Below, one piece after another: positions 1 to 13,865 of a DNA stretch of 64,000 nt. The translations under genes were made by a program, and so were the position numbers. Below the pieces are notes generated by a model that was not told the origin of the DNA, made no database searches, and was given only the letters and a program-made list of their open reading frames with translations. Location: contig OZ024740.1 of the NCBI GenBank assembly GCA_964016885.1, positions 262,322,001-262,386,000 on the forward strand. The letters are read 5' to 3'. Source of the stretch: Eledone cirrhosa. Its lineage: Eukaryota. The first letter of the stretch is position 1, and the number at the start of each line of letters is the position of its first letter.

Positions 1-172
1 ATATATGTATATACACATACACACATATACATATATATCTATATACATACACACGTAAACAGACGTACATATATAGACCCAAAACACAACGACACATAAA
101 TATATATGTATATATACACACACACACATGCATATATATATATATATATATACATATATGTACACATGTTTA

Positions 173-220
<48 letters not shown>

Positions 221-960
221 TGTTATGTTTCGCTTTGAGCATGTGTTCTTGTGTCTGTATGAGAGAGAAAGAAAGGGAATGCGTGTTACCTGTGTTCGTG
301 TGTTTGTATTTTTCTTTCTTTGTGACATCGCAAAACTGCGTGTTTTTATGTGTTTATATGCGCTTATCTATGTGTGCGTGTGCGTGCGCGCGTGCCTGTG
401 TGTGTATCAAAGAGAGATTGAGAGAGGGAGAGAGAAAAGTGAGGGGGGATACTATGCGAGTTACGTGCGTTTGTGTGTTTATGATTTTTTTCTTTCGTGA
501 CTATTTGTGAGTTTGTATGTGTGCTTATGTGCGTTTTTATTTGTGTGTCTGACTGTGATTGACTATTTGCTTTTATAAGTGTTTTTTAGTATTATATGTT
601 TTTTAGTTTATATGTTTGTATGTTTTTGTCGTCTGTTTTTCTGTTTGTGAGCATTGTGAAAATGTATTTATGTGTGCGTGTGATTTGTGTGTCAGTGTGT
701 GTGTTAGTATTTTTGTATTCGTGTGTTTGTGTACGTTTTTATATGCGTGTGATTTTTTGGTTCTATGTGCATTTTTGTGTTTGTTTGCATATATTTATGG
801 ATGTATATATGCATGTTTGTTTGTTTGTATGTGTTTGCGTGTTTTTATGTATACATCTGCTTGCATGTGTGTGGTTTATGAATCTGTATGTGTTTTTGTG
901 TGTGTTGTCACATGAATGTATAAGGACATGAGTGTATGTATGTAATTGTGCGTTCTTGCA
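1..960. repeat. Degenerate (TA)n/(CA)n/(TG)n low-complexity tract
   Basis: Directly visible dinucleotide repeats; the overlapping ORFs are only Y/I/V/C-rich repeat translations. Confidence 0.9.
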
Positions 961-2205
961 GTGAGGGATCTGCTAATAATAAGCAAGGGGTATATGTGGG
1001 TGAAATGGAATTGTTGTATAAACAGTTTCAATTAGAGATGATTTTAAAACAGAATTTTCTTAACGGAGAAAACGGGTAAAAGTAGGAGACATGAATAAGC
1101 GCTGATGTATAACAAGTAATTATTTAAGAAAGAACTGAAACACTCCTCGTCGAAACTCACAGAGGTTAAATACTGTTGTACTATAAAGCCGTGGATGAGC
1201 GGAGTAGTTAGAAATCTGTAATAAATTATTCAGAATTGTTCCGGATCTCTGCAGGCTGAGTTCAAATTCTACCAAGATTAATATTGGTTTTCAACATTTC
1301 GCTGTCTATATATACAGTAATCAATCAAGAGGCGATGGATTGGCGGTAAATCCTACTCCCCTGTTATTGGAAAAGCGGTGACGCTTCTGCCAAGCTTTGA
1401 AACCAGCAATGATAAGATAGTTCCTTGGTCTGTTTTGACGAACTGCTTCTTTCCTTATCCATAATGATATAATAGTGAAGCGACAGAAAATATACAATTT
1501 TGAAGAAAATGCTACTGGCATTTAGCTGCAGTGCTATAATTCACTCAGAATTCAAATCCAGCTGACCTCAAATGCATTCTGCCCTGGTCGATAAAATAAA
1601 TTGAAGTACTATGGTGGATGTAAATTTTCTATATATTCCCCTAAAACGTTAGGCCTTGTTCCACTGTTAGTTATCAAAATCGTTTGAACGTCGGATAGAA
1701 TTCTTTGCAGTATTTCATTCTTGATCTGAGTTCAAATCCTGCCAAGACAAGCGTTACCTTTTCTCTTTTCGAGTTTGAAGAATAAAGTACTCATCCAATA
1801 CTGGGAAGCATACTCTTTCTTTCTGTCTCTTCCCCCCGTCTCTCTATTTAGATAGGGAAGTGTTGAAGTGGACACCCTACGACTCAGGGTTCATGGATGG
1901 CTGGGCCGATTAAATAGGTACGAGTTATAATCTGAAGATTCATCCTGTCGACGATAGATTAGCATCGAACATTTTGGGGAAAATGTCAACATATGAAGAA
2001 ACTGAAGAAAATGAAGGAGGAAGATAAAGTAAAAAAAGCATTCATTCTCAGTACAAATCCCGACGTGGTTGTCATCCCTCTATTTCAATAAAATATACAG
2101 CGGACCGTTCTAATTGACTCTATCCTTCGGAAATGTAGTCCAAGATACATATCAAAAGATTGAGTGGTTAAGTCTGACTGGCGCGACACAACAAAACCTC
2201 ATTAC

Positions 2206-2395
2206 GGTGGATTGGCAGTATCGGTAGAGGGTCGGACGCCATGCTTTGCAGCAAATAGTTACGGCCCTTTATGGTCTGAGTTCAAATCCCGCCGATGTTA
2301 ACTTTGCCTTTCATCTTTACGGGGTCGATAAAATAAAGTACCAGTAATGTACTGGGTAATTGCTGGCCTTGTGCCAAAATTAGAAACAATTATTA
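2206..2395 (+). mobile_element. tRNA-derived SINE (~190 bp; octopus-type family), full copy
   Basis: A-box-like TGGCAGTATCGGT, B-box GAGTTCAAATCCC, body CTTTGCCTTTCATC..GGGGTCGATAAAATAAAGTACCAG, tail GGCCTTGTGCCAAAATTAGAAACAATTATTA; about 20 similar copies in the window. Confidence 0.9.
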
Positions 2396-2407
2396 TAGTT
2401 ATTCTAA

Positions 2408-2597
2408 GAGCAGTGAATTGGCAGCATTGGTTGAGCGTCGGACATCATGTTTGTGGGATATATTTACGACCCTTTACGTTCTAAGTTCAAATCCACTTGA
2501 GATTAGCTTTGCCTTTCATCCTTACGGGCTCGATTTAATCAACTTTCCTCTCCTCCAAATCTGTTGGCCTTGTGCCTAAATCAATAACCATTATTAT
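2408..2597 (+). mobile_element. Diverged copy of the same SINE family
   Basis: TTGGCAGCATTGGTTGAGCGTCGGAC, AGTTCAAATCC, CTTTGCCTTTCATCCTTACGGG and GGCCTTGTGCCTAAA are retained. Confidence 0.75.
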
Positions 2598-3320
2598 AAT
2601 TATACTATCCCAGTATCAATGTCTGGGGCATAGGAATTAGTTTGCATCCCATTCCATTTAATAACACCTGTTAATTTTCATTCTACGACACCGCGACTGT
2701 CTTAAATTAGTGTTAAGCCTCATATGAAAAAAGACAACTGCAAACAAACTAAGAAATAAAACATCAATGACTGGATTGCGTTGTAAGTTTTCTTTACCTA
2801 ATTTTTCAGTCAAAATAGAAGAGATAATTTTAGTGTGAAACAGGAAACTAGATCAAACAAAATACTTAGTTAACTTCAAGAAAATGAATTAGAAATAGCT
2901 GACATCAGAATTAATTATCTGCTTCTATCATTTGCAATACAGTAGCTGACAAACGAATCTTAAGAAGAAAAAAAAAGACAGAATTACTACTACTAAAATA
3001 AAATAAAACATGGTCGGCAAATGAATTCTCGCTGAATGAAGAACACGTGTGAAAAGGCAATCAATAAACCATTACTCAGCAATTCAACATTATCTATCAA
3101 AAAATAAACTTGAAAATGTCGGAGTGAAAGTTTGTTATGTATTTGCTGTAACAAGTAAGAAACACGCTGATAACATGTGTATGTGAACGTCGTGAACTTA
3201 GTTGATTTCTAAAACATCTTTCTACCGTGTTTGTAATTGTGTTTACCACTCTCTTGAAACACTATTTTCTTTTTAGCGTTTTAAGCTGTGACCTCTTTCT
3301 ATTAGTTAACTCCTTCTGTA

Positions 3321-3415
<95 letters not shown>

Positions 3416-3420
3416 CTATC

Positions 3421-4760
3421 TGGTCTAGTTCGGTCCAGACCTCCAGGTGGAGAAAAACTGAAACGAGGTCATGGCCAAGGTATTTGCGTTCACCCAGAAG
3501 TGGGCAGAGTGCAAACTGTCTTTGAAAGGTCGAGCGGAGGTGGCAAACACTTTCATAGCGTCCGTCATCTACTACCGCTTGACTGTCGTGCCTTGTCCCC
3601 GTGAATACCTCACCAAGATGGAACGCATGCTCTTCCAGTTTCTGTGGAAGAAGCAGGCTCCACTGGTGAGGAGATACGTCTACTGTCAACACCCTTCCAA
3701 CGGAGTGCTGGGCATGCCATGGCTAATGATGCGCAAACATGCGCTGAGGCTACGGCATCTCCAGATATTCCTCACCGACCAACCAGTGTGGGCACCGTTT
3801 GTCTCGCTGACGGAGCTGCAGTCCTGGGTCAAGCGAAGACCGAAGAAGATGGGCGCCTGGCACATTGAATGCGCCCAGGCGCTCACAGTTCTCTGTCAAG
3901 TGGGCACAGTAATCAGTGGAGACTTCACTTCGACATTCTATAGCGGATTAGTACTTTACAAGTGCGACGACGTGCTCGGGGAGACTCTAGGCGTCGAAGA
4001 CGACGAGCTCACTAGTCTGTTCGGTACGACTTTGCGCCCGGGGCCTATAGACAACTTCCAGAGGTCCCTGGCCTGGCAATGCTACCGAGGAGCTCTACCC
4101 GTTCGAGATAAGATCTACAGGCACAGACGCCCCGTGAAACCGTCTTGCACGCAATTGTACACTGTCCGGGCGTAAGCGACCTGTGGAACTATGCAGAACA
4201 ACTGCTGTCGCATATGGGACAAATCCAGTTGACTGCCGAGCCCATAGTAAGGATCAAACCGGCAGTCTCTTTCAAAAACGAAAGAGAGGCGGTTTTCCTC
4301 TGTACAGTGGCTATGGTGAAAAAGGATATATGGTGGACGAGATTGAGAGGACTGAGGACAGATGTCTTTCTCTCCGGACAACAATTGATTCCCTTCTTTA
4401 AGTATCACTTTAGGAGAATCAGAGTGGAGAGAGAGGCACTGCACCCCAATAAATTTACTGAAAGGTGGGTGAATGAAGCGAAAATGGCCCGAGTGATTGG
4501 GCTTTCTCTGTTTATAAGCCTGTAGGTTAAAGAAGAGAGCAAAAGGAAGAAGGGAGCACTTGCACAACACGCTCCCGAAGTTGAGGGTTGTTCTATCGAC
4601 GGGGTATTAATCAACCCATTTGTGGCGCCTCCCCCCTATTGGGGATTTCGATTGTTATGATTGTTTGTTTCAATATTTTTACACGACTGTATGTAAAATC
4701 CCCGGCATATGTCTTTGTATTGTCCCCTTTTCTTGTGCTCCTTTGTGGCAAATAAAGAAA
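3421..4760 (+). mobile_element. 5'-truncated Tx1/L1-clade non-LTR retrotransposon (ORF2 C-terminus plus 3' UTR) inside (CTAT)n
   Basis: ORF 3471-4175 has LSLKGR..N....S.IYY, FLWK, G.LGMP and ALPVR motifs typical of the region after the RT in Tx1/L1 ORF2; continues frameshifted in 4145-4525 (HCP..LW..IWW.R); ends AATAAAGAAATA; (CTAT)n on both sides. Confidence 0.85.
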
Positions 4761-4762
4761 TA

Positions 4763-4821
<59 letters not shown>

Positions 4822-4974
4822 TTTTCACTCCAGACACAAGGCCAACAATTTGGTCCGACGTAAGAACGATGGATAAAATTTACTTGTCCTGTGCCTAAAT
4901 TAGAAAGGATTCCTTCTTACTGATGGACACAGACTGTATCTAAGATACTACAATTACCAGCGTTGTAACTCTGC

Positions 4975-5255
4975 TTTTAAATGTTAAGGTGTGTTTTAAG
5001 ATACACTCTCCGAATCGAGATAGCGGGCATGTGGTTAGAATGTCTCAGGAAAGAATCGCTGGATAGATTTTACGGGCAAAAACAGCCAATGGGAGACCCA
5101 GGGGTAGACCCCGAGCAAAATGAGCTTGGCTGGTCCCGCTTGGCAATCCGGCCGGATAAGTTGGAGACGGAGCATTCTGTTCCGATAGGAACGCTGGTAG
5201 GAGTGTTTGAGGACTTTGCCCCCACGACCCCCCTCAGCAATATCTAGGCGAAGGT
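4975..5255 (+). mobile_element. RTE-clade LINE 3' fragment
   Basis: One frame reads GHVVRMSQERIAG*ILRAK..GRPRGRPR, the RTE C-terminal GH..RM/RP.GRP motif; similar to 16800-16920 on the minus strand. Confidence 0.65.
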
Positions 5256-6054
5256 ATGATTTGTAAGAGATATGGCTGCTATTTCTAGCAGGTCAAGCAT
5301 CCATGTAGCCGATCCTGCACTGGCATACATTAAGGAAACGTTAAAGACGGTACAGTATGGGTTTTTTTTTGTGTCAAATCAAATTTATAATAGAGATTAA
5401 GAAAATAAACCTTTAAATGATGATAATAATGAAGTCTTTATTAGCCACAAATCAATATGACAGCACAGACAAAATCATAGAATGTGTGTATGTGCGTGTT
5501 GTTTGTTGATGTGTGGGTTTTGCGTAATAATAATAATTGTTCCTTTATTGGTCACTAGGGCCAGCATATAGGGGACAATACAAAAGACTGGGACAGTGGG
5601 TTACAAACAATCAAGTAAAAAGCGAAGGTAAAATAACAATAAAAAAAATAATTATTGTTGTTGCTTTTCTCGAATGACTGATGGCATCAGCTGAGTTTGT
5701 TGTAGCTGTTGTCGCTAAAGTTGTTATTGTTGTTATATATATATATATACTGTACTCTGTATTACATGTAACCCTCGCTTATCCTGCCTATTATCTCATC
5801 CTCTGATCCTGCACCTCCTCCTCCTTCTCCTCCTCCTCCTGCTCCTGCTCCTCTCCTTCCTCCTGCTCCTCCTCCTCCTCCATCGCCGCCGCACCATACG
5901 CCTCCCCTTCCACATTGCCCCCCCCCCTCATCCCCCTCTTCCCCATTTTTCCTTCTTCTCATTAGTGTTACTTTCCCCATGATTTCTCGCTCAGAGCTAT
6001 CACTGTTTTTATGCTCTCATTCTCTCCCTCTCTCCCCCTCTTTTCTCTCTCTCG

Positions 6055-6130
<76 letters not shown>

Positions 6131-6131
6131 A

Positions 6132-6162
<31 letters not shown>

Positions 6163-6239
6163 TTATCTATCTATCTCTCGTTTTCTTACAATCTCATTCA
6201 CTTACTTTTTTACTCTCCCCCACTCTGTCACTCTCACAA

Positions 6240-7730
6240 TATCTACCTCTTTCCCCCTCTCTCTCTCCCAATATCTCTCTCTTCTCCTCTCTATCCCACT
6301 ATCTACCTCTTGCCCTCTCTCTCTCTTCTCCTCTCTATCCCACTATCTACCTCTTGTCCTCTCTCTCTCTTCTCCTCTCTATCCAACTATCTACCTCTTG
6401 CCCTCTCTCTCCCACTATCTCTCTCTTCTCCTCTCTATCCCACTATCTACCTCTTGCCCTCTCTCTCCCACTTTCTCTCTCTTCTCCTTTCTCTCTCCCA
6501 CTATCTACCCCTTGCCCTCTCTCTCCCACTATCTCTCTCTTCTCCTCTCTATTCCACTATCTACATCTTGCCCTCTCTCTAAATTCTCCTCTCTCTCTCC
6601 CACTATCTGCCTCTTTCACTCTCTCTCTCTCCCACTATCTGCCTCTTTCACTCTCTCGCTCCCACTATCTGCCTCTTTCACTCTCTCTCTGACTTTATCT
6701 ACCTTTTCTCCTCTCTCTCTCTCCCACTATTTATCTCTTGGCCTCTCTCTCTCTCTCTCCCACTATCTACCTCCTGTCCTCTCTCTCTCTCCCACTATCT
6801 ACCTCTTGCCCCCTCTCTCTCTCCCACTATCTACCTCTTGCCCTCTCTCTCTCTCCCACTATCTACCTCTTGCCCTCTCTCTCTCTCCCACTATATACCT
6901 CTTGCCCTCTCTCTCTCTCTCTCTCTCTCCCACTATCTACCTCTTGCCCTCTCTCTCTCTCTCTCTCTCTCCAACTATCTACCTCTTGCCCTCTCTCTCT
7001 CTCCCACTATCTACCTCTTGCCCTCTCTCTCTCTCTCCCACTATCTACCTCTTGCCCTCTCTCTCTCTCTCCCACTATCTACCTCTTGCTCTCTCTCTCT
7101 CTCTCTCTCTCCCACTATCTACCTCTTTCCCTCTCTGTCTCTCACTATCGACCTCTTCCCTCTCTCTCTCTCCCACTATCTACCTCTTGTCCTCTCTCTC
7201 TCTCCCACTATCTACCTCTTGCCCTCTCTCTCTCTCTCTCCCACTATCTACCTGTTGCCCTCTCTCTCCCACTATCTATCTATTGTCCTCTCTCTCTATC
7301 TCCCACTATATACCTCTTACCCTCTCTCTATCTCTCTGCCACTATCTACCTCTTGCCCTCTATATATCTCTCTCTCTCTCTCTTCCACTATCTGCCTCTT
7401 TCCCTCTCTCGCTCTCTCTCCCACTATCTACCTCTTGCCCTCTTTCTCTCTTTCCCACTATCTACCTCTTGCTCTCTCTATCTCTCTCTCTCCCACTATC
7501 TACCTCTTGCCCTCTCTGTCTCTCTCCCACTATCTACCTCTTGCCCTCTCTCTCTCCCACTATCTACCTCTTGCCCTCTCTCTCTCTCTCTCTCTCTCTC
7601 CCACTATCTACCTCTTGCCCTCTCTCTCTCTCTTCCACTATCTAGCTCTTTCCCTCTCCCTCTCTCTCTCCCACTAACTGCCTCTTTCTCCCCCGCTCTC
7701 TCCCACTATCTACCTCTTGCCCTCTCTCTC
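6240..7730. repeat. Pyrimidine-rich minisatellite, unit CCCACTATCTACCTCTTGCC(CT)n
   Basis: Dozens of ~30-40 bp units with a variable (CT)n spacer. Confidence 0.95.
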
Positions 7731-7786
7731 TCACCTTCTCATTCTTGCCCTCTTCCATTCTCACCTTTCTACACGTGTATCTTCTT

Positions 7787-8132
7787 TCACTTTCTCACTC
7801 TCCTAATTGCTCACATTCTCCATTCCCACCTGTCTCTCTATCTTTCCTTCTTATCATCTCTTTCTCTCTCATTCCCCTTCGTTTTTCTATTTCTCGACTC
7901 TTCTCCCCCCCCTCTCTCTCTCTCTTTATATATATATATCACTCACACACACACTCACCCTCACTTTCTCACTCTCCCAATTGCTCACTTTCTCTATTCC
8001 CACCTGTCTCTCTATCTATCCTTCTTATCATCTCTTTCTCTCTCATTCCCTTTCGTTTTTCTATTTCTCGACTCTTCTCCCCCCCCTCTCTCTCTCTTTA
8101 TATATATATATCACTCACACACACACTCACCC
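7787..8132. repeat. Tandem duplication, ~174 bp x2
   Basis: TCACTTTCTCACTCTCC..CACACACTCACCC at 7787 and again at 7961. Confidence 0.85.
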
Positions 8133-8659
8133 TCACTGTCTCTCTCTCACTCTCTCTCTTTCAGTGCGTTTTCTTTCTCTCTACGATATGACAATCTTCC
8201 CCACCAGCCCCCACTCTCTATTTTTCTCTAACATCCGTTTCTCTATCTCATCCTCTATCTTTCTTCATTCCTTTTTCTCTTTTTCACCTCAAACGTGCCC
8301 CTTCAATCTTCCCCCATTTCTCTCTACCTGCACACTACACTCACATTTTTCTCTCTCTCTCTCCTTCTCTTTTAACCTCTCTCTTTCCGTCACTCTTGCT
8401 CACATTCCCATGCTCTCCCCCTTCACCCCCCTACACACTCTGCAGTAATCCTTCACAACACACCACCAACCACCCACGCATCACCTTCCTCTGCCAATTT
8501 CACTAAATTTAGTCAAAGAATAAGACAAGTTCCCATTACAGATGGCCGCTAGCAACTGTCGTACGGCAATAGCAGCAAATTAAATTACATCTTGTGTTCA
8601 ATTCCTTTTAGCTTGTTTATATATACATACCTATATATGTTGTATATGTTGTATATGCC

Positions 8660-9112
<453 letters not shown>

Positions 9113-9371
9113 TACAAACTTATCTACATACGTCCATACATATAGGTCTTTGAGTGTTTCTGTATATATTTTAATCAGCTTCTTTCATTTAGTGAGATGT
9201 AAGATACCGTTCTTTATAAGGTATTTTTGTTGTTATTCCTGTTTTACAATGTATTACATTTGTTTGTGTTCCTGTTCGTTTTATTGTTTATCTATGTATG
9301 TTGACTATGTCGTCATTATTTCTATTGTCGTAGTCGTCTTTACAAATGGAAGAGGCTGGGGTTAGAGTTTA

Positions 9372-10102
9372 CGTGGTGTAGTGTGCTGGAGTGTGGTGTG
9401 ATGAGGTGTGGTGTAGAGTGGTGTGGTGGCGTGTTCTGTCGTGTGGTGTAGAGTGGTGTGCTATGGTGTGGTGTGTTGAGCTGTGGTGTAGTATGGTGTG
9501 GTATCGTGTGGTGGGGTGTAGTGTAGTGTAGTGGGGGTGTAGTGTGGTGGGCTGGGGTGCGGTGTTGTGTGGTGGAGTGGGCTGGGGTGTGGTGTAGTGT
9601 GCTATGGTGTGGTGTAGAGTGGTGTGGTGTGCTATGATGTAGTGTGTTGTGCTGTGGTGTAGTTTGGTGTGGTATGGTATGGTGTAGTGTGGTGTAGTCT
9701 GGTGAAGCTGGGGTGTTCTGTGGTGTGGTGTAGAATGGTGTGGTATGGAGTGGTGTGGTATAGTGTTCTGTGATGTGGTGCGGTGTAGTGTAGAGTGGTG
9801 TGGTATGGAATGGTGTGGTGTGGAATTATGTGGTGCGGTGTTGTGTGGTGTAGAGTGGTATGGTGTGGTGTAGAGTGGTGTGGTGTGGTGTGGTGTGGAA
9901 TTATGTGGTGCGGTGTTGTGTGGTGTAGAGTGGTATGGTGTGGTGTAGAGTGGTGTGGTGTAGAGTGGTGCGGTGTGGTGTTGTGTGATGCGATGTGGTG
10001 CAGAGTGATGTGGTGTGGTGTGCCATGGTGTGGTGTATTGTGCTCTGGTGTAGAGTTGTGTGGTACGGAGTGGTGCCGTGTTGTGTGGAGTGGTATGGTG
10101 TA
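9372..10102. repeat. Degenerate (GTGTG/GGTGT)n pentanucleotide repeat
   Basis: Directly visible; gives the H/T/P-rich pseudo-ORF on the minus strand. Confidence 0.9.
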
Positions 10103-10644
10103 GGTAGTAGTGTTTTATCGTTGTTGATTTTCTTTTTGTTTCTGGTGTTGGATGAAGGATGGTAATGTTGGTGGCATTGATGATGGTGTTAGTGGTGAGA
10201 GTGGGTAATAGAGGTGGCATTAGTGATGGTAGTACTAGTGATGGTTTTAGCGTTGAATGGTGATAATAATGCTGGTGTTCTGAAGGCGCGTGGGTTAGAG
10301 GTTACTTTAGGGTGATCGGCTCACCATCGTAACATCCTGACCTAGATCTCTACAGCTCGTTCTAATCTTAAGGAAGACATTTTGTTTCTCATTGTTTCAC
10401 TCTACGCAGCTGGAAACAAAAAAAAAGATGAGTTTTACCTGTAAATCAAAATACCATCTTTAGTACACACTGTGTCAGGCTGATTCTCACCGATAACTAC
10501 GTTAGGAGGTCATGTTTCTGTGGAATCCTCAGCCACTTGCCTATCAACTTCACGATCAGGCCGTTCCGTGGATAATCAACTAGCACACTCATCATGGGAA
10601 CTGATAGAGTTACAACACACACGGTAATGATGATGATGATGATG

Positions 10645-10831
10645 ATAATTGTTTCTACTTTTGGCACAAGGCCAGCAATTATCTCAGTGCATTACTGGTA
10701 CTTTATTTTATCGACCCCGTAAGGATGAAAGGCAAAGTGAACCTCGGCGGGATTTGAACTCAGACCGTAAAGGGACGTAACTATGCTGGAAAGCATAGCG
10801 TCCGACTCTCTACCGATACTGCCAATCCACC
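10645..10831 (-). mobile_element. tRNA-derived SINE copy inserted in (ATG)n
   Basis: Reverse complement of 2206-2395; (ATG)n on both flanks. Confidence 0.9.
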
Positions 10832-11678
10832 ATGATGATGATGATGATGATGATGATAATGATGATAATGAAGATTGTGGTGGTTTATTGATAATGTGAT
10901 GATGTGGTGCTTGAGATGATGATGATGTGATGATGTAGTGCTTGAAGTGATGATAATGATGATAATCGTAGTGGCCTTGATGATGAGATGAGGTGATGCT
11001 TGGGGTGTTGATAACGAGGACGATAGCATAGGTGGGGAAGCTCATAGCGTTGTTTCTGTCTTTGTTGTCATTCATCTTACTGATGCTATTGCTGTTATCC
11101 TTTATTTTTAATTGTTTATTTATTTAATTATTTGGGGCTGAGTTCGCAGAAATTGTAGGGAGCTGAATTGGCAAAGTAAAATGCCTTACAGTATATAAGC
11201 CTCGTTTTCACAAATATCTAATTTCAAATACTACAAACACTTGTCAATTTAGTCGTGTCACCGATGGGGACTTTATGCCTTCGCTCACAGAATTAAAAAT
11301 AGTAGTACATCCCCTCAAATTACACCCTACTGTCTTTAAAAATTGGAAAAGGCGCCGCCTTGTCACGGTTAGAATGTCTTTGATCAAAGGACTTCCGTTC
11401 AAACTGAGTTGATCTAAGGTTAAACAACAGGAACAATAGCTAGTCGATTCGATTAGAGAGAATCGAACTATCAACCGATTTTAGTTTGGAGATAGTATAG
11501 GAAAGCAGTGTTTTCTTCAAATAAGAAAACTAGGCTGGTTATGGCTGGAATGTCTATGATCATAGGTATTATCAATTATGGCCGACATGAAGCTAAAATA
11601 CAACACTACGCCAAACTGATAGTAAGATATTCGACAAGACCAGCGACAACAAGAACAAACCAGCATCAACAATGAACA

Positions 11679-11873
11679 TAATAACTGTTTCTACTTTTGG
11701 CACAAGGCCAGCAATTTTTCCAGTGTATTACTCGTACTTTGTTTTATCGACCCCGTAAGGATGAAAGGCAAAGTTAACCTCGGCGAAATTTGAACTCAGA
11801 CCATAAAGTGCCGTAACTCTTTGCTGCAAAGCATGGCGTTCGACCCTCTACCGATACTGCCAATCCACCGCCC
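11679..11873 (-). mobile_element. tRNA-derived SINE copy with target-site duplication
   Basis: Full copy flanked by ACAATGAACATAATAAC and ACAATGAAAATAATAAC. Confidence 0.9.
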
Positions 11874-12209
11874 ACAATGAAAATAATAACAATAAGAACT
11901 AATAAGAATTCACTTACGCGGTTACTCTACACGCTAAAAATGACAACAAAATAGAGTGCAACTCACTTATATTGGTTTCTGTTCTATATATAACTAATCT
12001 TTATTGTTTATTTATACTCTTTTCTGTTTACTGTTTTATTTATTTACTTATTTATTTTTGTTTATGAGTAGGGTCAAATAGAGGTCAAGAATTCCATGAA
12101 TGTTTCGATGATCTAAAACGTTTTGGAATCCCTGGTCTATCCGTTTTATGGTAGTGAAGTATCATAGACGTAGTTTCTGATGATAGAATGTTGTTGTTAT
12201 GTTTTAAGC

Positions 12210-12890
12210 TAGGGATCGGCAACCCCAGGCATGCGAAGGATTTTGGTCGCCCCACCAACAGGTTTCAATCTTAGGCTACGGGATCCCTGAAAAAGTGCTA
12301 TGAATTATTTTGGATTAGAATACCGACTAGAGAACACGTCTTGCCACAAGACTCACTTAGCTGAATGTAATTTTTTGCGGGACAGTAACAAACAATCAAA
12401 CTCAGACAGATAGAATAGTCAGACACCAAGTTCAAGGTGACTATGTGTGTGTATCCGTGTATATACGTGCATACATAGTGTGTTATGGCAAGGATGTGGA
12501 TGAGCCAAACTAAACTTTAAAATGTCAGCAAGTCTGGCATACAGTTATTTCATTTCATCCCCAACAATTTTCATTTTAATTTGCTGTCTGGTAGTAAAAT
12601 ATCTGTAAATGACTGTATTTGATAATAATCAATGTTTATTTATTTTCTATGTTTAAAATGTTTGGTATTATTAGAAGTACATTTTTTCATCGAAAAGATG
12701 GCAAACCTGGTCTAAATACACCGCCAGGTATCGTGGATTTGTCACAGTTTATTAAAAATGTCATAGTATTTTATCATATTACTGTATTCGTTTTTACATA
12801 TGTTCTCATTACTTATTTGATATCATGGCCCGCCGACGTGACACTGCATAGCAATATGGCCGACACAACCCAAAAGGTTGCTGGTCCCTG
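12210..12890. mobile_element. Non-autonomous hAT DNA transposon (MITE)
   Basis: TIRs TAGGGATCGGCAACC / GGTTGCTGGTCCCTG; perfect 8-bp TSD TTTTAAGC at 12202-12209 and 12891-12898. Confidence 0.85.
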
Positions 12891-13699
12891 TTTTAAGCAA
12901 TTTAGAAATGCAATATGAAGAGTATTGACACCTCTACAACGTATATTACTATTCTGAACTTAGTCCCACTGCACATCATTTTGGCCGTGTCTTTTGTGAT
13001 GTAGGTAGGAAACCAGTAGGTAGGGAAGTAGATCGTCACTAATGCCAAATTAATGTACCATGGAAAGAAAGAGATTGAGACTGAGAGGGGGGAGGAATGG
13101 TGTATAAGAAAGAGAAAAGGATGTACAGATTTATGATGAAGGCAACAGTGAAAATATATATAATTGACGAATAGTTTTGGAGTATGTAATGGGTGAGAAC
13201 TGATCTCAAGACCTCCATTGGTATAAAACTCATACAACAAGGAGTAATTGATAGAAATAATAATATAAGGAAGCAAACATAACTGCAGGAATAGGAGCAG
13301 ACACCAAAACAACACAAGAAAACAAGCAGTGCAACAATAACAATTGCTTTATAACAGCAGCAATAACAAAACTAACAATAATGACAAAAATAAATAAATG
13401 ATATTGGCCGTATGAATATCGATAGCGACATCAATAGGAAAAGAAAACAACAAATAGACGTGTCTCATTGGCTATTAGATTACCAGCTGAGAACTGTTCA
13501 TGATAGTGACACACAATTCTAAACTGTACAGTCATTCTATGTATAACTTGGTATCACTAGATGGTATGAATCACTCTCCAAGCACGTCGGAAAATACGGT
13601 TAAATTTATAGGTTATGAAAAAGATCAACATAAGATGAAAATATGTCCCTAAATAGACATCATAATTAAAATACTGTATGTGTTGGACCTCTATGCGAC

Positions 13700-13852
13700 A
13701 GTGCTGGCCTTTTGAATTACATGTACAACTCATTCTTGTCAACTGAGTGAACTGGAGTGACGTTAAATAAGGAATCTTGCGGGGAACCCGCAGGGAATCA
13801 AACTCATGGCATTACGATCTAGAGCCAAACACCCTAACCATTAAACTACGTA
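13700..13852 (-). mobile_element. Older tRNA-derived SINE of a second family
   Basis: Minus strand TAGTTTAATGGTTAGGGTG (A box) ... GAGTTTGATTCCC (B box), then CTCCAGTTCACTCAG body; related relics near 43500 and 45910. Confidence 0.5.
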
Positions 13853-13865
13853 TCTTCACATTTAA

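Noticed and set aside
2206-2295. tRNA-like A and B boxes
   Set aside because: No cloverleaf; they are the head of a multi-copy SINE, not a tRNA gene
5979-8448. Long ORFs of 200-544 aa rich in L/S/P/Y
   Set aside because: They are translations of a CT-rich minisatellite open in several frames; no domain evidence
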